Positions 55,514 through 64,000 of a DNA stretch of 64,000 nucleotides are shown here, one piece after another. How positions within the stretch are numbered: position 1 is the stretch's first letter; each line of letters starts with the position of its first letter. The stretch lies in assembly GCF_009914755.1 (NCBI RefSeq), contig NC_060929.1; one strand, given 5' to 3'. A model generated the notes under the pieces. It worked only from the letters and a program-made list of their open reading frames with translations. It ran no database searches and had not been told where the DNA came from. Source of the DNA: the human T2T-CHM13v2.0 reference genome, Homo sapiens. The position numbers and the translations under genes are program-made.

Positions 55514-58131
55514 CTAAGCCCCCTTTTTAAGTCCAAAGTATGGGAAGAATACCCCATAACTGCTTTCTTAGGTCATGGAGATGAGGCACTGACAGCAAAG
55601 CTCTCTCCAAAGAAAATGTATGTGAAGATCATTCTCTTAACTTCTAGCCTATGGAACCTTCCATTTCTGAGATGGCAAGGAATTTAGGACTCATTACCCT
55701 TGGTTTCCCCCACTTCCTTTCCTGCAAGTTATGGATGGTGGGGTCTGCCCTTTCACTTTGACATACCTGGCCTAGAGTCTTCACGCTTCAGCTGAAATGT
55801 CCATTTAACATCATGTTACAAATGAACTATCTTTAAAAAAACAGATCTTCCATTTATAATATATCCACTGCTCCCCCATTCAGGCACAGAGCTCTTTAGA
55901 TTTCATTTGAAGTGTTTTCCTCTTTAAAATTAACTACATTTGATGCAACTGGCTCCTTTGAAGGAAAAAAAACACAGACTGTTGCACATAGTCATGAATC
56001 ACAAATGAGGGTGTTTATATATTCAATGAGAAATTATTTTTGCTGGCAAATGGTTGTGTTTTTTTCCAGTCCCCTTAAATCCTTACCTTTTTTAAAAAAT
56101 GGATTTGAGCTGGCTAACCAAAATACATATGATACAACAGAATAAAACCAATAGAGAAGAAATCAGGCAAAGGGAAAGAAAGGATAGAAAAATGAAAACA
56201 CAACTAAGGAATAAGTAACATTTGCAAATGCTAGACATAGGCACAGTTGTCAGAGGTGGTCACAGATGTATCCAAATTCCCTAATTGTTTAAACAAAGAG
56301 AAGAACACAATCAATTTCACAATTTTACATATTTATATGACATAAAGAATGTAGTTGCTTAGGACAACCATACATTTTCCTAAGAGAAATAAAGTCTCCT
56401 GTGTTCTTATAGTAAGCATATTGTGGACTGAAACACAATATGCTCAGATAAATAACTCTTAGCCTGATCCTCTCTCTTTGAATATTTCTCAATGCAAACA
56501 GGTGGCACAAGGCTAAAGGTGATTTTATTAAAATTCATTATAGAAAATCTTTATATAGAAATATGTTAATGATAATCTTGCTTTGGACTGTCTAATCTTG
56601 TGTATTTTATGACATTGTACTTACGACATTGCATATTTTCACAATAGTCTTCACAGTCACATAGACACACTTTAAGTTTGTTGATAAATATTTCTAATTT
56701 TAGTAACAGTTTTACCTTATATGAAACATGAGATCTACTTCCGTTGGTGATTTACCCATTGGATACATGTGAGCGTTTGTGTATATTCTTGCAACTTCCC
56801 TTCTAAGATAGTTCACATATGAATTGTCAACTTAAAAAATGAATTTTTTTTACCAAAAGTTGTGGATTGATGGTCAGGATAAAATTATATACATGGGAGG
56901 CCATTCTTTGACCTTCTCTACATCTTATAGGAGATTGAAAGATTCTTCCTTGCTTATTGTTTTTCTTCTTTTCCCCAAAAATGCTGCTCTTGGGTATAAA
57001 AAAAGAGTTAAAAATTACAAATCTTTAAACCACATCTGGTTTGTGTGTTCTCAGAGGCCACTTGCTGGAAAAGCAAGGCGTGAGGCAAAAAAGGAAGGAA
57101 AATATCGTATAGTCCAGTTAACCCGTTTTATAAGGAAAATGAAACTATTCTTAGGAGTTATAGCACCATTTAAAAATGTAGAAAGAAGTACAGGAAAAGA
57201 ACAACTTTTTTTTTTCCTCCGAGGAAACCAGCAGCCCATAGAATTAGCTCACAAATAGAAATCAGATCACATGAATGCACAGGAATGCCATGGTCAGGCC
57301 AGGAGACAGTTATACCATGTCCCTGGCCTCGGGTGGTTACTGTTAGATTGGAGTAAAAATCAGAGGTAATGGTTTTACTGAGGCAGAATGAGCTATGTGT
57401 TGGTGCCAATTCACTGTCGGGGAAGTAGACGAATAAATTATTAAATGCGCATATGTGTTACTGAGGTGTATTTCTGCTTAATGGACACTTTTGGCTGTTT
57501 TTAGAGATGTTTTTATCCAAAACTACTTAATAAGGGGAGATTTATATATAAATACTCCCTGGTGAGAAATACAAATAGTTTGGTCTTTAATAAATCAAAA
57601 TCTGAAAAGCACTTCCTAAGTCCTCCCTCTGTGTGGTGGGGGAGAATAATATATCCTAATTTTGAAGCAGTTCAGACATTTTAAAATATAGAGTCTGGGG
57701 AAGGAGCAAACACATCTCTAACAAGGAGGATGCAAAAGCTCCTTAAGCCAATTAATTAGGGAATTTGACTGATGAAATAGTTTCACTGCTTTCAGAAACA
57801 GGTGTTTGGAAAGGCAGCTGAAGAACGAATCTTATGTCCACTTCGCTGATGGCTATATCATTTCCTCCCTACCCCCAGAACAGTGTAGGCATGTGGTAGG
57901 CATTCAGTAAACCTGTAAAAGCAATGAGCGAGCAAGGCTAAAGATGCTGTCTAGAATTGCTGTAGGTGACCTATGCTGATGAACAGGTAGGACTACATTG
58001 TAATTTGCATTGAACATATTTGTTGGTTAATGGCTTCTTCCCTGGTATTTGAGAGTTGGCTTTCCTAAACATTTTAAAGCAATTCCTTTCAATCTTATAT
58101 ATGCTATTATATTGAATTTTCCATAAAGTTT

Positions 58132-60466
58132 TGTATTAGTCCATTCCCACACTGCTAATAAAGACATACTCGAGACTGAGTAATTTATAAAGGAAAGAGG
58201 TCTAATTGACTCACAGTTTAGCATGGCTGGAGTGGCCTCAGGATACTTACAATCATGGCAAAAGGGAAAGTAAACACATCCTTCTTCACATGGCGGCAGC
58301 AAGGAGAAGTACAGAGTGAAGCGAGGGAAAAACCCCTTACAAAACCATCAGATCTCATGAGAACACACTCACATGGAACACCATGGAAGTAATCGCCACC
58401 ATGATTCAGTTACCTCCCACTGGGTTCCTCCCATGACATGCAGGGATTATGGGAGCTACGATTCAAGATGAGATTTGGGTGAAGACACAGCCAAACCATA
58501 TCATCTCACTCCTGGCCCCTCCCAAAACTCATGTCATCACACACTTAAAGACACAATTATGCCTTCCCAACAGTCCCCCAAAGTCTTAACTCATTCCAGT
58601 ATTAACTCAAAAGTCCAAGTCCAAAGTCCCATCTGAGACAAGGCAAGTACCTTCTGCCCATGAGCCTGTAAAATCAAAAGCAAGTTAGTTACTTCCTAGA
58701 TACAATAGGGGTGCAGGCATTGGGTAAACACACCTGTTCCAAATGAGAGAAAATGGCTAAAACAAAGGGGCTACAGGCCTCATGCAAGTCTGAAATCCAA
58801 GTTGGTCAGTAAAAATGTTAAAGCTCCAAAATAATCTCCTTTGACTCCATGTCTCATATCCAGGGTGTGCTGATGCAAGAGGTGGCTCCCACCATCTTGC
58901 ACAGCTCTGCCCCTGTGGCTTTGCAGGGTACAGCACCCCCTCCCAGCTGCTTTCACAGCTGGCATTGAGTGTCTGCAGCTTTTGCAGGAGCACAGTGCAA
59001 GCTGTTCGTGGATATACCATTCTGGGGTCTGGAGGATGGTGACCCTTTTCTCACAGTTCCATTAAGCAGTGCCTCAGTGGGGACATTTTGTTGGTGGTCC
59101 AATCCCACATTTCCCTTCTGCACTGCCCTAGCAGTGGTTTTCCGTGAGGGACCCACCTCTGCAGCAGACTTCTACCTGGACATCGGGTGTTTTCATACAT
59201 CCTTTGAAATCTAGGCAGAAGTTCCCAGACTTCAGTTCTTGACTTCTGTGGACCCACAGGCCCAGCACCACGTGTAATCCACCAAGGCTTGGGGCTTTCA
59301 GCCTCTGAAGCAATGGCCTGAGCTCTACATTGGCTTCTTTTAGCCACGGCTGAAGTTGAAGCAGCTGGGACATAAGGCACCAAGTCCCAAGGCTGCACAC
59401 ATCAGGGGTCTCTGAACCCAACCCAAGAAACCATTTCTGCCTCCTAGGCCTCCAGGCCTGTGAAGGGAGGGGCTGCTGTGAAGACCTCTGACATGTCCTG
59501 GAGACATTTGCCCATTGTCTTGGTGATTAACATTTGGCTCCTTGTTACTCATGCAAATTTCTGAAGCCAGCTTAAATTTCTCCCTGGAAAATAGGTTTTT
59601 ATTTTCTATCACATCATCAGGCTGCAAATTTTCCAAACTTTTGTGCTCTGCTTCTTCTTGAACACGTTGCCACTTAGAAATTTCTTCTGCCAGGTACCCT
59701 AAATCATCTGTCTCAAGTTCAAAGTTCCACAGATCTCTGGAGCAGGGACAAAATGCCACCAGTCTCTTTGCATAGCAAGAGTGAACTTTACTCCAGTTCC
59801 CAACAAGTTTCCCATCTCCATCTGAGATCACCTCAGGCTGGACTTCATTGTCCATATTACTATCAGCATTTTGTTCAAGACCATTCAACAAGTCTCTAGG
59901 AAGTTTCAAACTTTCCCACATCTTCCTGTCTTCAGAGCCCTCCAAGTCTCTAGGAAGTTCCAAACTTTCTCACACTTTCCTGTCTTCTTCTGAGCCCTCC
60001 AAATGGTTCTAAGCTCTGCCTGTTACCCAGTTCCAAAGTCGCTTCCACATTTTTGGGTATCTTTATAGCAGCACCCCACTCTCTGTTGTAGCAATTTAGT
60101 GTATTAATCCATTCTCACACTACTAATAAAGACATACCCAAGACTGAGTGCTTTACAAAGAAAATAATTGACTCATAGTTTTGCATGGCTGGGGAGGCCT
60201 CAGGAAACTTACAATCATGTCAGAAAGGGATGCAAACATGCCCTTCTTCACGTGTCAGCAGAAAGGAGAAGTGCTGAGCAAAAAGGGGAAAGCCCCTTAT
60301 AAAACCATGAGGTCTCCTGAGAACTCACTCACTATCACGAGAACAACATGAGGGTAACTGCCCCCATGATTCAATTACCTCCCACCAGGTCTCTCAGGAA
60401 ACACTGGGATTATGGAAACTACAATTTAAGATGAGATTTTGGTGGGGACATAGCCAAACTATATCA
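58132..60466 (-). mobile_element. Full-length THE1D MaLR element (LTR 58132-58503, internal 58504-60099, LTR 60100-60466)
   Basis: Two direct LTRs flanking about 1.6 kb of THE1-int; perfect 5-bp TSD AGTTT at 58127-58131 and 60467-60471. Confidence 0.95.
59340..59963 (-). pseudogene. Decayed remnant of the THE1-internal (MaLR) ORF
   Basis: LEGSEDRKMWESLKLPRDLLNG..RDLWNFELETDDLGYLAEEISK matches the recalled MaLR-int ORF; its continuation is split over frameshifted ORFs in 58757-59421. Confidence 0.75.
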
Positions 60467-60729
60467 AGTTTGCTGAAAAAAACCTCAAATGATTATCACA
60501 AAATAAGAATAGAGATGAGTTTTGAATTAATGCATTTCTCCATAGTTAACTTTTTTCAATTTAAACATTTAGTTATAAATAAATATTTAATTATTTGGAA
60601 ACTGTGACTATGAAAGTGTATTATTTCTCAAAAAAAAGGAATAAAATGAATGAATGAGTGATAATCCTAGGTAGCAAAACCCTAGTGTAAGCTAATGCAC
60701 TATTTTTACTCTTTGTATTCATGAACATG

Positions 60730-61780
60730 CTTGAAATAAAGCAATTTATTTAAGCACTTGTTTTGGATCTCTTCTCTGTTAGGCATTCTCTAGATGTGAG
60801 AAAATCAGATAACAGGTTAAAATTCATGCTCTCATGGACTTTATATTTTAGGGAGAGGAGAGGCAATAAACAAATTTTAAAATAATGAAATTATATTATG
60901 GTGTTAATTAGTTACAGTGGACTGAAGTGAAATAAAGTAGAATGATTAAGGAGGTGACTCAGGGTAGCAGTGCTGCATGAAAAAGTTTCTCAGGGAAACA
61001 AGGGAGTAAAGTCTGCATATGTCTAGGAAAAAAACATTTCAGGCAGAAGGAAGCAAAATTCAAAAGCGCCTAATACAGGAGTGTGCTTAGGGTGTTTACA
61101 AAACAAGAGGAGGACCCTACATTTGGAGCAGCATGAGCCAGTAAGGGTGAGCACAGTGGGGTCAGGATGATGGGGGAAGTTATGTAGGGTCTCACAGTAG
61201 CACTCCATCTCTGCACTGTGTTCTGTATGATGGAATCCATTGGAGAGTTTAAAGCAGAGAGAACTTGATCAGGTTTCTACTTTTAAAAAACCCAAATGTG
61301 GCTGCTGTGGAAGAGAGACTCTCATGGTCAAGCTTAGCAGCAGGGAGAAATAGCAGAAGGCCCTTTCCTCTTTCCAAATGAGAGAGGATGGATAGTCATT
61401 TGAACTGGAATCTTGGTGGTGAGAGGGTGAGAAGTGGTTCGGTCTGTGATCTCTGTTAGAGCCAGAGCCTTCAGAAATTACTGCTGCACTGGGTGTAGAG
61501 TGTGGTAGAATGATACTAGTCAAGAGTGAATCCTAAGTGCTTAGCCTGAAAAGTTGGGTGAATACTATTTAATGACTCAAGGAAAATTAGAGAGGAGGAA
61601 GATTCAGGAGCATAAAAGCAAGACTACTTCTAGACATGTTACCTGTTACCCTTGAGATGCTTTTAAGACATCCAAGGGGAGCGGTAGAGTCGGCAGTTGG
61701 ATATTTGAGCCTGGAACACAAAGGGGATGTTGAAGCTGGTGATACAAAGTTGGATGCTGGCTATATATAGATGATGTTTG
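60730..61780 (-). mobile_element. L2 fragments
   Basis: ATTTATTTAAGCAC..TGTTAGGCATTCT, CATTTCAGGCAGAAGGAA, CATTGGAGAGTTTAAAGCAGAGA, TTGAGATGCTTTTAAGACATCCAAG. Confidence 0.7.
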
Positions 61781-61784
61781 ATGA

Positions 61785-62102
61785 CAGAATACCATAGACT
61801 GGGTGGGTTATACACTATGGAAATGTATTTCTCACAGTTCTGGAGGCTGAGAAGTCCAAGATCAAGGCCCTGGCAGATTTAGTGTCTGGTGAGGGCCCAT
61901 TTCCTCATAGACAGTTCTGTTCTCATTGTGTCCTCACATGGCAGGAGTGAGGGATTTCTCTGTGGTCGCTAATCTCATTCATGAAGGCTCCACACTTATG
62001 ACCTAATCACCTCCCAAGGGTCCCACTGCCTAAAGCCATTGCATTGGAGATCAGGTCTCAACGTACAAATTTGCAGGGAACATAAACATTCGGTTTCTGG
62101 CA
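61785..62102 (-). mobile_element. MLT1A0 LTR
   Basis: AATACCATAGACTGGGTGG..CTCACAGTTCTGGAGGCTGAGAAGTCCAAGATCAAGG..ATGACCTAATCACCTCCCAA. Confidence 0.88.
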
Positions 62103-62139
62103 GTATTTAAAGTTATGGACTAGATAAGACCATCTAAGA

Positions 62140-62360
62140 CAGTGCTTTTCAAAATATGTCTAGTGAATGGCCTTTGTTTTTTCTAATTTGCTGTAGACTG
62201 ATGCTTTTAAATACAATAAAAATAAATCTAAGGGAAAACAAAATTTAAGGAAAACTGAAATAAATACATACTAAATACGAGTGCCACTTTTTTTTTTGCT
62301 AATAGAGTTAATAGACATAAAATTATTCTGTCAAATTGCTGTAAAAGTTTCTTAACACTC
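62140..62360. mobile_element. hAT-Charlie-type DNA transposon fragment
   Basis: Starts CAGTGCTTTTCAAA (hAT TIR-like); AGACATAAAATTATTCTGTCAAATTGCTGTAAAAGTTTCT. Confidence 0.45.
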
Positions 62361-63409
62361 ACTCTGGCTTCCTGTACTTATCTTGCTATGGACTGAGAAC
62401 AAACAATTCACAGAGAGTGCTTGTTCATGGATCATGCTGTTAGTCACACCAACCTGGGAATGAGTGTGGAGGGAAAAGGGACCCTGAGCCACAACTTTGC
62501 CCTCAGAAAGATGAGAAGGGAGGTGGGAATTCAGCAGACTGTGGTTCCTAGAATCCAGATGAAGATGTTTCAAGAAAAACGAGGCAATTACATAGTATAT
62601 GCAAAATAGATCCCCAGGCATTAACTGTAATAATGAAATACCAGAGTGAATGGAAAGATGTTATTTTGCTTTTACACGTTCCTTCCCCAAGCTTTCATGG
62701 TGGTACGGCTCTACCAATCTTAAGCTTTGTTTATGCATGGCCTATTCTAAGATCATCTGGGGACAAACCTGAATGAGGAGGTCTCCCAAAAGAGCAACAG
62801 GATTGCCAAAGTAAAAGTTGCATCAGGGTCCAACCTAAAAGTACTAGCCAAGTGTCTCAACTCTTAGATTGGATGCTGTAGGGGGTCAACCTGGCCATTA
62901 AAGTCATTACCACACCAACCATTTCTGTGTATTAGGGTTATCCTTCTTTATTTTCAGCAGTAGCTATTATTTCAGCCAACATCTATCCAAACCATGCCAA
63001 CAATATAGGAATATACTTGATTCTCAGCAAAGGTGATTTCTTCGGACAAAGGAAAAAATATCTATGCACAATGGTTAGTTGGTTCAAATGCACACATACG
63101 GACCCAACATAAGATGACTGCCTGATGTAGAGCCATAAGGGAATCGTGGGATCCAGGTTTTCCATCTGTAACTCATCCTCCCACTTATAAATATTACCCC
63201 ATCTTTCTTACTTAGGCTGCTGCTTGTCTCTGCTCATCCCTCCACCTCTGTTCCCCACCTGGGGGCAGCTGAACTTGGACTATTGCCCAGCTAGATGTTA
63301 GGATGAAGGCCCATTCTAATACTTTGCTGGTAATTCTTTTTAATTATCCACAAATGTCTAAACATTTTCTGGCCCTTACCCAGTCCCAATCTGGCAGCTT
63401 TACCTATTC

Positions 63410-63684
63410 CAGTGGTTCTCAATCAGGAGTGATTTTGCTCCCCAGGGAACACCTGGAAAAGTCTAGAGGAATTCTGATATAACTGGAGTGATTTTGCTCC
63501 CCAGGGAACACCTGGAAAAGTCTAGAGGAATTCTGATATAACTGGGAGGGGGTGAGGTACTACTGGCATCTTGTGGGTAGAGAGTAGGGATGCTGTTTAA
63601 CATCCTGCAATGCACAGGACAGGCCCTGACAACAAACAGTTATCTGGCCCCAGATGCCAAAAGTGCCAGAGTTAAAGAACTTTG
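63410..63684 (+). mobile_element. MER20 with internal 59-bp tandem duplication
   Basis: CAGTGGTTCTCAA start; TACTGGCATCTTGTGGGTAGAG..GGGATGCTG..AATGCACAGGACAG; identical copies at 63426-63484 and 63485-63543. Confidence 0.9.
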
Positions 63685-63744
63685 CCTTGTACTTCATTAT
63701 TGTGTCCTCCATGCTAATGTTTCTCACCACTTAAATATTGTAGA

Positions 63745-64000
63745 TGTTTTCAGGTTGATTGTGTCCCCACCCACATCTCACCTTGAATTATAATAATCAC
63801 CACGTGTCAAGGGTGGGGCCAGGTGGAGATAATTGAATCATAGGGGTTTCCCCCATACTGTTCTCCTGGTAGTGAATAAGTCTTACAAGATCTGATGGTT
63901 TTGTAAATGGGAGTTCCCCTACATAAGCCCTCTCTTGCCTGACACCATGTGTTTGCTTCTCTTTTGCCTTCTGTCATGATTGTGAGGCCTCCCCAGCCAT
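63745..64000 (+). mobile_element. THE1 LTR (THE1C-like), truncated by window end
   Basis: TGTGTCCCCACCCACATCTCACCTTGAAT..GGTGGAGATAATTGAATCAT..CATGATTGTGAGGCCTCCCCAGCCAT. Confidence 0.9.

Noticed and set aside
56839-57258. 139-aa ORF
   Set aside because: Low-complexity K/F/I-rich translation of AT-rich DNA; no recognisable domain or promoter context.

Overview
Primate, almost certainly human, euchromatic non-coding DNA. It is AT-rich, CpG-depleted, has no CpG island, and is packed with interspersed repeats (Alu, FAM, MIR, L2, old L1M, MaLR LTRs THE1/MST/MLT1, LTR7, LTR1, hAT MER20/MER58/MER63, Ricksha). I can support no protein-coding exon, rRNA, tRNA or CRISPR array. The ORF track is noise or repeat-derived; the 207-aa ORF is the decayed THE1-internal ORF. 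I could not identify the locus; it is intergenic or inside a large intron or lncRNA. I found no evidence of a new multi-gene system. The most notable local structures are: a short polyadenylated, TSD-flanked L1-mediated retrocopy of an LTR (MER41-like) transcript end (22550-22709); a candidate 9-nt UGC-preceded microexon with alternative acceptors (19421-19498); a clean solo HERV-H LTR7; a full-length THE1D; perfect palindromes (22268-22320, 36057-36093); a MIR-derived 29-bp minisatellite; and a perfect 59-bp duplication inside an ancient MER20. Repeat family and subfamily names come from recalled consensus sequences, not a database search, and the edges of old repeats are approximate.
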